Positions 1-9,149 of a DNA stretch of 64,000 nucleotides are shown piece by piece. The notes under the pieces were generated by a model. That model saw only the letters and a list, made by a program, of their open reading frames with translations. It ran no database searches and was not told where the DNA came from. Numbering within the stretch: position 1 is the stretch's first letter; each line of letters starts with the position of its first letter. The stretch is from Bacillota bacterium (GTDB taxonomy: Bacteria; Bacillota; Clostridia; Christensenellales; UMGS416). The stretch is from NCBI GenBank assembly GCA_023410875.1, contig JAEYPH010000021.1, positions 27,544-91,543 on the forward strand, read 5' to 3'. A program made the translations under genes and the position numbers.

Positions 1-9
1 TGTACAATG

Positions 10-1394
<1,385 letters not shown>

Positions 1395-1398
<4 letters not shown>

Positions 1399-1940
1399 TG
1401 GGCTTCACCCACTTCCTCTACGGTGATGTGGTCGTTGGTGTAGATGCAAATCTCCCCGGCGATGCGGATGGCCTTCTCCGCGATGTCCCGAGCGCTCAGA
1501 TCGGTGTTCTCTTTGAGCGCCTTGGCGGCGGCCAGCGCGTAGTTGCCGCCGGAGCCGATGGCGGCGATGCCGTCGTCGGGGTCGATGACCTCGCCGCTGC
1601 CGGAGATGATCAGCAGATCCGTGGCGTCGGCGGCGATCAGCAGCGCCTCCAGCCTGCGCAGCAGCTTGTCGCTGCGCCAGTCCTGGGCCAGCTCCACGGC
1701 GGCGCGTTTCAGGTTGCCGCTGTACTGCTCCAGCTTGGCCTCAAAGCGCTCGGCCAGCGTAAAGGCGTCGGCCACTGCGCCGGCGAAGCCCACGACCACG
1801 CTCTCATGGTATAGCCTGCGCACCTTGCGCGCGCTCTTTTTCATAATCGTGCTCTGGCCGCTGGTCACCTGGCCGTCACCGGCCACGGCGCACAGGCCGT
1901 TCTTTCGCACGGCCACAATGGTTGTTCCCTCAAAACCCAT
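1395..1940 (-). CDS. hslV: ATP-dependent protease subunit HslV (ClpQ)
   Basis: ORF 1395..1961 trimmed to ATG 1940, which is preceded by AGGAGG. This gives [15 protein letters not shown], the HslV N-terminal Thr nucleophile motif. Confidence 0.92.
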
Positions 1941-3264
1941 GGGTTGCCTCCTGTTCGTCAATGGATGATCGTATCTCGTCTATCTTCGCCAGTGCCCGGG
2001 CTGCCAATGCCTGATGGCGTGCCCGGCCGCCACCTTTCACTTTCATTTCCAGCGGTTCCATGATGCCAAAGTTTGCGTTCATCGGCGCAAAGGGCCGGCC
2101 CTGCTCATTGCCCTGCGCTATATAATACCCCAGCGAGCCGATGGCTGTGCGGGCCGTGAAATCCACGCCAGGCTGGCCCATGAGCGCGCGGGCCAGCGCG
2201 ATGCCGGCGGTCAGACCGCTGGCCGCCGATTCCACATATCCCTCCACGCCGGTGATCTGCCCAGCGAAATACAGGTCCGCGCGGCCACGGAATCGGAAAT
2301 CCCTGTCCAGCAGGTTCGGCGCGTTCAGATACGTGTTGCGGTGCATAACGCCGTAACGCACGAACTCGGCATGTTCCAGCGCAGGGATCATGGAAAACAC
2401 ACGTTTTTGCTCCGGCCAGGCCAGCTGCGTCTGGAAGCCCACAAGATTGTAGCGGATGCCTTGGGCATCCTCCCGGCGCAGCTGCACCACGGCGAAGGGC
2501 CGCCTGCCTGTGCGCGGGTCCGTAAGGCCGATGGGCTTCATAGGCCCAAAACGCAGCGTGTCCCGCCCCCGGCGGGCCATCACCTCCGCCGGCATGCAGC
2601 CCTCGAACACCTTGGGGTCCCGGTCGTGCTCGTGCAGCACCGCGCCGCGGGCGGTCGTCAGCGCCAGCCAGAAGGCGTCATATTGTTCCTCTGTCAGCGG
2701 GCAGTTGATGTAGTCATTGCCCAGCCCCCAGCGGGACAGCTCAAAGGCGCTGCCCATGTCCACAGTCTCCCGCAGCACGATGGGGGCCACGGCGTCAAAG
2801 AAATTGAGCTGATCGCCGCCACTCAGGGCAGCGATGGCGTCGGCCATGGCCCCGTCGGTCAGCGGCCCGGTGGCCACGATGCATGGGCCTTCGGGGATGG
2901 CGGCCGCCTCATCATTCACAAGGGTTATGTTGCCCTGCGAGCGGATGAAATCAGTGATGTACGCCGAGAAATGATCACGGTCCACGGCCAGCGCGCCGCC
3001 GGCGGGGATGGCCGTGGCGTCGGCTGCCCGCATGGTCAGCGAATCCAGCCGGCGCATCTCCTCCTTGAGAATGCCCACGGCGTTCTCCAGCGAACTGCTG
3101 CGCAGGCTGTTGCTGCACACGAGCTCGGCGAAGCCGGGGTTCTGGTGCACGCTCTGGTAGCGCTTGGGCTTCATCTCCCACAGCTCCACATCTATGCCCC
3201 GCCGCGCGAGCTGCCAGGCAGCCTCGCAGCCGGCCAGGCCCGCGCCCAATACGGTTACCTTCAT
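1930..3264 (-). CDS. trmFO: Methylenetetrahydrofolate--tRNA-(uracil-5-)-methyltransferase TrmFO (Gid)
   Basis: 444 aa. FAD-binding N-terminus [22 protein letters not shown] and TrmFO-like sequence throughout. Classic Firmicutes position upstream of hslVU. Confidence 0.92.
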   Translation of the reverse strand: MKVTVLGAGLAGCEAAWQLARRGIDVELWEMKPKRYQSVHQNPGFAELVCSNSLRSSSLENAVGILKEEMRRLDSLTMRAADATAIPAGGALAVDRDHFSAYITDFIRSQGNITLVNDEAAAIPEGPCIVATGPLTDGAMADAIAALSGGDQLNFFDAVAPIVLRETVDMGSAFELSRWGLGNDYINCPLTEEQYDAFWLALTTARGAVLHEHDRDPKVFEGCMPAEVMARRGRDTLRFGPMKPIGLTDPRTGRRPFAVVQLRREDAQGIRYNLVGFQTQLAWPEQKRVFSMIPALEHAEFVRYGVMHRNTYLNAPNLLDRDFRFRGRADLYFAGQITGVEGYVESAASGLTAGIALARALMGQPGVDFTARTAIGSLGYYIAQGNEQGRPFAPMNANFGIMEPLEMKVKGGGRARHQALAARALAKIDEIRSSIDEQEATHGF

Positions 3265-4394
3265 ATCAAAACTCCATCCGCCAGCGCAAAGATTCTGCCC
3301 GACCGCTGGGCGATAACGCCGAGCAGCTCCAGCTCCGAGAGTACCGTGAACAGATCGGGCATGGAGAACTCGGTGACCTCAAAGAGCTCGTCGAAGCTGC
3401 GCTCTCCGCCCTGCAGCGCGTCGGTGACCAGGCGCTGCTGGAAGCTCAACTGCACGGGTTCGCGGTTCCTGGCCTTGTGGGCGCCCTTGCGCGGCTCGCG
3501 CCCACCCCAGCCGTAGTATTCCAGCACGTCCTGCTCGTTGGTGATGACCTCGCAGCCGCTCTTGATGAGCGCGTTGGTGCTGGCGCTGCTGCCGGTCAGT
3601 ATGTTGCCGGGCACGGCGAACACATCTCGGCCCTGGTCCAGCGCATAGCTCACGGTGATGTTGGTGCCGCTGCGCTCGGCGGCCTCCACAACCACGACGC
3701 CACGGCTGAGGCCGCTGATGATGCGGTTGCGGGCGGGGAAATTCCCGTGCAGCGGGCCCGTGCCGGGGATGTATTCGCTGAGCATCAAGCCTTCCCGGCA
3801 GATCTGCTCATACACTGCGCTCTTGTCGGCGGGGTATACGACGTCGGTACCGCAGCCCAGCACGGCAATGGTGTCGCCATGGGCCTCCAGCGCCCCCAGA
3901 TGGGCGCAGATGTCAATGCCACGGGCCATGCCGCTGACCACTGTGACACCGCCGCCACCCAGCGCCCGGCCCAGCTTGCCGGCCACATCGCGGCCATAGG
4001 CCGTGGGCGAACGCGTGCCGATCACGGCAATTTTCTTTTCGGATTTCAGCAGTTCGGTTCTGCCCTTGCAGTACAGCACCAGCGGCGGGCCGAACACCTG
4101 CAGCAGCTCAGCGGGATAGAGCGCATGCAGGCGGCTCACCGCCACAATGCCCTTTTTCTCCAGCGTTTGCAGAAAGCTCTGCAGGTGCTCCTGGGTGGCG
4201 TTTCGAGCAAGCCTGTCGGCCAGCTTGGCGCCCACTCGAGGCACCTGCTCCAACAGGTCCCGATGGCCCGGCGCCTGCTCAAACACGGCCTGCGGCGTGC
4301 CAAAGCGTTCCATCAGCGAAGCGAACGTAATAGGGCCCACGCCTTCGATGCCGGCCAGCCAGATGTAATATTGTTCATCGGTCGTATAGGTCAT
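3261..4394 (-). CDS. dprA: DNA processing protein DprA (Smf)
   Basis: DprA Rossmann core motifs IAVIGTRSPTAYG, VVSGMARGID, TIAVLGCG and VPGNI. ORF 3261..4484 trimmed to ATG 4394, preceded by GGAAGG. Confidence 0.85.
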   Translation of the reverse strand: MTYTTDEQYYIWLAGIEGVGPITFASLMERFGTPQAVFEQAPGHRDLLEQVPRVGAKLADRLARNATQEHLQSFLQTLEKKGIVAVSRLHALYPAELLQVFGPPLVLYCKGRTELLKSEKKIAVIGTRSPTAYGRDVAGKLGRALGGGGVTVVSGMARGIDICAHLGALEAHGDTIAVLGCGTDVVYPADKSAVYEQICREGLMLSEYIPGTGPLHGNFPARNRIISGLSRGVVVVEAAERSGTNITVSYALDQGRDVFAVPGNILTGSSASTNALIKSGCEVITNEQDVLEYYGWGGREPRKGAHKARNREPVQLSFQQRLVTDALQGGERSFDELFEVTEFSMPDLFTVLSELELLGVIAQRSGRIFALADGVLI

Positions 4395-4715
4395 AAAACC
4401 TTCCGCTGCACACCCGGCGCAAGCCGGGCGGTACTTCTGTTTGTGCCCTATTGGTTCAATGTTATACATTTTGTTGCCGCCCATACGAGCTGGGCAGTTG
4501 CAATGAAACGTACAGATACCAATATTTCATTGCCGCCGCTATATTGTAACAAACAATCGCCGCTTGCGCCAATGGTGAATGTACCGTTGTTCCAATTGTA
4601 GCGTGAAAACATGACGCGGGTATGAACGGGCGGTAAACAGTCTGTGGAAAAATGATAGAAAGGCCGCGAAGCAGGGTATATACAATACGGCATATTCAAC
4701 GCCTATATATTCTTG

Positions 4716-5894
4716 ATGAAAGCGATACCGTTCATGAAAACATTCTTGAAAAACATCGTAAACATTTACGCCTCCATCAACCGGGGCGCAACCATTGAGG
4801 ACACGCTGGATTATGTGTTTCGGAACTTCCGCTCCTACCTGCCCTATACGCGCATCGGCCTGGCGCTGCTGGATTTCCGCGGCTCCATCTATTCGCTGTC
4901 GGTGCGCACCAACGAAAACACGGACATCGGCATCGGCTTTGTGAAGAACCTGCAGGACACGTCGCTGCAGGCCATCGTCTCCTCGGGCAGTCCCCGCTTC
5001 ATTCAGGACTATGAGGCTTATCTGGCTGCGCACCCGGATTCCGACACGACCCGCCGGCTGCTGCGCGAAGGCATCCGCTCCAGTCTGGCTTACCCGTTGA
5101 TGCTGGATGGCACGTGCTCCGGCGTGCTGTTTTTCTCCAGTTCCCAGCCCAACGCCTTTCACGAGGAGCATTTGGAATATGTAAGCATACTCTCGGACAA
5201 TTTCGCCATCGCCGTGGAGAAGTATCTGTTCAACGACGACCTGATCCTGGCGTCCATCACCGGTCTTGCCCGTCTGGTGGAAGCCAAGGATTCCGACACC
5301 GGCGCCCACATCGAGCGCATGCAGAACTATTCACGGCTGATCGCCCAGAGCATCGGCGGCACCCAGCGCCACGGCGCCGTAGCCGACTATCTCTTCACCG
5401 AGAACATCTTCAAGTTCAGCCCCCTGCACGACATCGGCAAGGTCGGCATCGCCGACGGCATCCTGCTAAAGCCTGCCCGCCTGACGGCGGAGGAATTCAA
5501 CGTCATGAAGACCCACACCCGCATCGGCGCGGACATCCTACGCCGGGCCAACACGAGCATGGCGAGGGCCGAGCGGCATTTCTTCGACATGGGCATCGAG
5601 ATTGCCGTGGGGCACCATGAACGCTACGACGGCACGGGCTATCCCCAGGGGCTGTCCGGCGAGGCCATCCCGCTGTCGGCGCGCATCTGCATCATCGCCG
5701 ACGTGCTGGACGCTCTGACCTCCAAGCGCGTGTACAAGGACGCCTTCAGCATCTCCGACGCGCTGCAGTACATCCGCGACGAGAGCGGCAAAATGTTCGA
5801 TCCATTCCTCGTGGACGCCATGCTGGAGCGAGAGGAAGCGATACTGGCGATCTACCGCCAGTATCACCAGCCGCTGGACCTGAGCAATATCTAG
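4716..5894 (+). CDS. GAF-domain / HD-GYP-domain signalling protein (likely c-di-GMP phosphodiesterase family)
   Basis: C-terminal HD-GYP signature: HDIGKVGI ... VGHHERYDGTGYPQGL. N-terminal roughly 170 aa look GAF-like. Start is ambiguous (TTG 4713, ATG 4716 or ATG 4734) and no clear SD is present. Confidence 0.8.
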   Translation: MKAIPFMKTFLKNIVNIYASINRGATIEDTLDYVFRNFRSYLPYTRIGLALLDFRGSIYSLSVRTNENTDIGIGFVKNLQDTSLQAIVSSGSPRFIQDYEAYLAAHPDSDTTRRLLREGIRSSLAYPLMLDGTCSGVLFFSSSQPNAFHEEHLEYVSILSDNFAIAVEKYLFNDDLILASITGLARLVEAKDSDTGAHIERMQNYSRLIAQSIGGTQRHGAVADYLFTENIFKFSPLHDIGKVGIADGILLKPARLTAEEFNVMKTHTRIGADILRRANTSMARAERHFFDMGIEIAVGHHERYDGTGYPQGLSGEAIPLSARICIIADVLDALTSKRVYKDAFSISDALQYIRDESGKMFDPFLVDAMLEREEAILAIYRQYHQPLDLSNI

Positions 5895-5976
5895 GATCCA
5901 ACGTTTCTACCATAAAACTAGGTGATACTGCGTAGCTTTTGCTGTTGAGGAAAGCAATCGTTAGGCAAGCCTCCGA

Positions 5977-6062
5977 GGGAAGGTGGCGCGCAGCGCCGGA
6001 TGAGGTGTATAGCGTAGCAGGAGGCTAACACCTCATCAGTCGCCTGCGGCGACAGCTTCCCC
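5977..6062. repeat. Long imperfect GC-rich inverted repeat (branched hairpin module)
   Basis: Inner 10-bp perfect stem GATGAGGTGT (5999-6008) / ACACCTCATC (6028-6037). Outer arms GGAAG...CTTCC. Local hairpins GGCGC-GCA-GCGCC and GTCGCC-TGC-GGCGAC. Lies between convergent genes. Confidence 0.6.
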
Positions 6063-6123
6063 TCCAGGGGAAGCCAAGGTTGGTTATACCAACAGTCTAA
6101 ATTTCAGTTTCATTCAAAATGAT

Positions 6124-6185
6124 GGGCCGAAGGTTTCCAAAGGGCGATCGGAAAGCCCTTTGGTCGCGCCCGATGGCGCGAAATT
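6124..6185 (+). repeat. Dispersed two-hairpin intergenic repeat, copy 1
   Basis: GGGCCGAAGGTTTCC-[CCAAAGGGC GATCGGAAA GCCCTTTGG]-[TCGCGCC CGAT GGCGCGA]-AAT. The same architecture recurs at 15812-15914, 22938-22995 (rc) and 37933-37995 (rc). Confidence 0.8.
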
Positions 6186-6213
6186 CTTACTGTTGTTTAC
6201 GTTAAACTATTTT

Positions 6214-7071
6214 TTACTCACACCCCAAATAAGCATTGGTCTTGTCCCGATACTGGCTTGGCGACATACCCTTGACCTTGCGGAAGATGCGGGTGAAGTT
6301 CAGCGGGTTGGGATAACCCACGCTGTGGGAGATATCGGAGATCGAAAGCGTGCGGTCGGTCATCAGCTCACAGGCCTTGTGCAGCCGGTATTGTATCAGA
6401 AATTCACTGGGCGACGTGCCGGTGAGATCGGTGAACAGGCTGTGCAAATACTTGCGGCCGATGCCGATGTGGGCGGCCATGTCCTCCACGGTGATCTCCC
6501 TCGAGAAATTCATATATACGAACTCCGCAGCCTTGCGTACGTAGAGCTCCCGGGTGTTCTCGTCCCCCGGCTCGGGCAGCGCGGCGGCGTTGGCCTCCAT
6601 GAGCGCCGCGATGAAGCCGTACAACAGCCCGGTGAGCCGCAAAGGCGCGCTGCGCTTGTTCTGAGAGGCGGCCACCATGGCCGTCAGGATGTCGCATACC
6701 TCGGCTGACGCAGCTTCGTTTATCTGCCGCACCGGGTTGTGCACATCGAAGCCCGTCTGCTGCACAAAGCTGTGGGCGCTCAGGCCCGAGAAACCCACCC
6801 ACAGATAGCTCCACGGCTGCTCGGCGTCGGCCTCGTAGCTGGCCGTCTGCCGCGGCGGTATCACGAACAGGCTGCCCGGCCCGATGGCGTAGGTCTTGCC
6901 GCCCAGGCACAGCGAACCGTGACCCGCGCGCACATAGTGAAAGATGAAATGGTCGCGCACGCCCGGCCCCCAGCTCCACCGGGGGCTGCAGTCCTGCGAG
7001 CCGCAATAATACGGAATCAGCTCGCTGTTGATGCCCGGCCGGGCTGGCAGGATGGGCTTCTTGATCGGCAC
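6214..7071 (-). CDS. AraC family transcriptional regulator (cupin sensor + HTH)
   Basis: 285 aa. N-terminal cupin-like region (FIFHYVRAGHGSL) and C-terminal AraC HTH (TVEDMAAHIGIGRKYLHSLF ... ISDISHSVGYPNPLNFTRIFRK). GTG start at 7071 with AGGAGG upstream. Confidence 0.85.
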   Translation of the reverse strand: MPIKKPILPARPGINSELIPYYCGSQDCSPRWSWGPGVRDHFIFHYVRAGHGSLCLGGKTYAIGPGSLFVIPPRQTASYEADAEQPWSYLWVGFSGLSAHSFVQQTGFDVHNPVRQINEAASAEVCDILTAMVAASQNKRSAPLRLTGLLYGFIAALMEANAAALPEPGDENTRELYVRKAAEFVYMNFSREITVEDMAAHIGIGRKYLHSLFTDLTGTSPSEFLIQYRLHKACELMTDRTLSISDISHSVGYPNPLNFTRIFRKVKGMSPSQYRDKTNAYLGCE

Positions 7072-7101
7072 TTTGAGCCGCCTCCTGGTAGCGGTATGGG
7101 G

Positions 7102-8391
7102 CTATTTCAGGCCAAAAGCGCGGTCAATGTCGGCGATGCGCTCCCGGTCGATGGTCACGATGTCGCCCAAATCCCGGGCGGCGAGGATGGCCTTGGCGCT
7201 GTATTCGGCCACCTCCAGGCGGTCGAAGGCGTTGAGCAGCGAGCTGCCGGTCACGATGACGCAGTCGTTGCGCACCAGCAATACCGGTGTGCTGCCGCTC
7301 AGGCGGTCGGCCACGGCGTCGGTGTCCAGGAAGCTGGCGCCGAAGTCCATCTTGGGCACGTCGCGCAGCATCAGATAGCTCTCGGGGATGATGCGGCTAT
7401 CGAAGGGCTCCTGGGTGACGGCGAAGGCCATGATGTTGGGCGGATGGGCAATGATGACCGAGTGGATGTCCGGGTGGCGCTCGTAGATCTTCTGGTGCAG
7501 CGGCAGCGAGCGGCTGGGCCGCTTGCCGGCCTCGGTCTGCCCGGCACGCACCAGCACCAGGTCCTCCGCTTCCATGTAGCGCCGGTCCATGTGGTAGGGC
7601 GTGATCAGGAAATCCCCGCCGCTCAGGCGCTGGGAGAACGTGCCCTGGGTGCTGGTGAACAGCCGCTGGTCATAGGCGCGGCGAATGAGCGTCACCATAT
7701 CGCGCCGGGCCTCGTTCTCCTCGCTGCTGTGGCGCTCCGGCGTGAAGGTGGGCCAGCGGATGTCCTGCTTGCTGCGGCTGAGCTCCACGCTGCGCTCGCT
7801 GAGCGACGCGGGCTTGCCCAGCTTGTGGGCCTCAATCTGCAGCCGGGCGCAAAAGTCCAGCGTCTCAAAGCCCATGAAGGCCGAGAACAGATCTCCCCGG
7901 CCCAACACCACGCCGTGGTTCTCCAGCATCACGGTGTCGCAGCCCTGGGCGAACACCGCGGCGATCTTCTCGCCCAGATCAGCGCTGCCCGGCAGGCCAT
8001 AGGGGGCCATGCCCACCTCGCCGCACACCAGGCGCGCATTGGGGATCAGCAGCGTGTCAGGGATGCGCCGCACCACGCTGAAGGCCACCAGCGCCGGCGG
8101 GTGGGCGTGCAGCACGGCCCGCAGGTCCGGCCGGCTCTTGTAGATGGTCAAGTGAAAGGGCGTCTCTATGGAAGGCTTGTGGATGCCCACGACGGTGCCG
8201 TCAGGTTTCACGCACACGATGTCCTTGCGGGTCAGAGTGCCCTTGTCGATGCCGCCGGGCGTGATCCACACGTCGCCGTTGTCGTCCAGCACGGAAAGGT
8301 TGCCGCCGGACGTCGTCGTCATGCCGTACGCGTAGATGCGCTCCATGATCATGACGATCTGGTCCGCCGGGTGCAACAAATCGAATCGCAT
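7102..8391 (-). CDS. Tandem class II aldolase/adducin-domain protein
   Basis: ORF trimmed to ATG 8391 (GAGGAGG upstream). Two aldolase_II-like halves: TSGGNLSV...VLHAHPP...ENHGVVLG and TQGTFSQRL...VIIAHPP...RNDCVIVTG. Confidence 0.75.
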   Translation of the reverse strand: MRFDLLHPADQIVMIMERIYAYGMTTTSGGNLSVLDDNGDVWITPGGIDKGTLTRKDIVCVKPDGTVVGIHKPSIETPFHLTIYKSRPDLRAVLHAHPPALVAFSVVRRIPDTLLIPNARLVCGEVGMAPYGLPGSADLGEKIAAVFAQGCDTVMLENHGVVLGRGDLFSAFMGFETLDFCARLQIEAHKLGKPASLSERSVELSRSKQDIRWPTFTPERHSSEENEARRDMVTLIRRAYDQRLFTSTQGTFSQRLSGGDFLITPYHMDRRYMEAEDLVLVRAGQTEAGKRPSRSLPLHQKIYERHPDIHSVIIAHPPNIMAFAVTQEPFDSRIIPESYLMLRDVPKMDFGASFLDTDAVADRLSGSTPVLLVRNDCVIVTGSSLLNAFDRLEVAEYSAKAILAARDLGDIVTIDRERIADIDRAFGLK

Positions 8392-8525
8392 GGAAAACCT
8401 CCTCGAATCGTTTCGCGAATAGTATAATCTTTTTGGCAGAAAAGTCAAAAGTGTGATCGGGAGCACGGCCAGTGAGCGCTCAATTGGGCTATACTAGTAC
8501 ACAGAACAGAAAGGCGGAATACACC

Positions 8526-9047
8526 ATGCTGAGCAAACGCATCGAAGACCTGTTGAACGACCAGATCAAGAACGAGTTCTACTCGGCCTATCTGTACCTT
8601 TCCATGTCGGCGTGGCTGACCAACTATGGCCTGACCGGATACGCCCACTGGTTCCGCGTGCAGGCCCAGGAGGAGCGCGACCACGCGCTGATCTTCATGA
8701 ATTACATCCTGCAGACCAACGGCCGCGTGCATCTGAAGGCCCTGGACGAGCCCAACTTCGACTTCGCCTCGGTGGAGGATCTGCTCAACCTGAACCTAAG
8801 CCACGAGCAGTTCGTCACGAGCCTAATCTACAAGATCGCGGCAGCCGCCCAGGAAGAGAGCGACTTCAAGACCTCGGAGATGATCAAGTGGTTCGTGACC
8901 GAACAGGTGGAAGAAGAGGCCAACGCCACCGACAACATCACCCAGTACAGGCTGTTCGGCGGCGATGGCAAGGGGCTATATATGCTGGATGCGCAGAAGG
9001 CGACCCGCGTGTATGCTGTGGCCGCGCCACTGGCAGCTGGAGCATAG
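8526..9047 (+). CDS. Non-heme ferritin
   Basis: MLSKRIEDLLNDQIKNEFYSAYLYLSMSAW...RVQAQEERDHALIFMNYI, typical of the bacterial ferritin ferroxidase centre. ORF 8472 trimmed to ATG 8526. Confidence 0.9.
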   Translation: MLSKRIEDLLNDQIKNEFYSAYLYLSMSAWLTNYGLTGYAHWFRVQAQEERDHALIFMNYILQTNGRVHLKALDEPNFDFASVEDLLNLNLSHEQFVTSLIYKIAAAAQEESDFKTSEMIKWFVTEQVEEEANATDNITQYRLFGGDGKGLYMLDAQKATRVYAVAAPLAAGA

Positions 9048-9080
9048 TACATAGAAGCAACCCGGCTTGTACAATAGAAT

Positions 9081-9116
9081 CGGCCTACCGAAGATGATCG
9101 GCAGGCCGTTTTTTTC
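9081..9116 (+). terminator. Rho-independent terminator after the ferritin gene
   Basis: CGGCCTACCGA-AGATGA-TCGGCAGGCCG stem-loop followed by TTTTTTT. Confidence 0.75.
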
Positions 9117-9149
9117 TGCACTCCGGTTTTACGGAAAACGAGGATCGCC

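Noticed and set aside
5900-6200. Possibility that the dispersed repeats form a CRISPR array or encode tRNA-like genes.
   Set aside because: The copies are tens of kilobases apart with no regular spacing. No cloverleaf or anticodon architecture is visible, and no cas genes are present.
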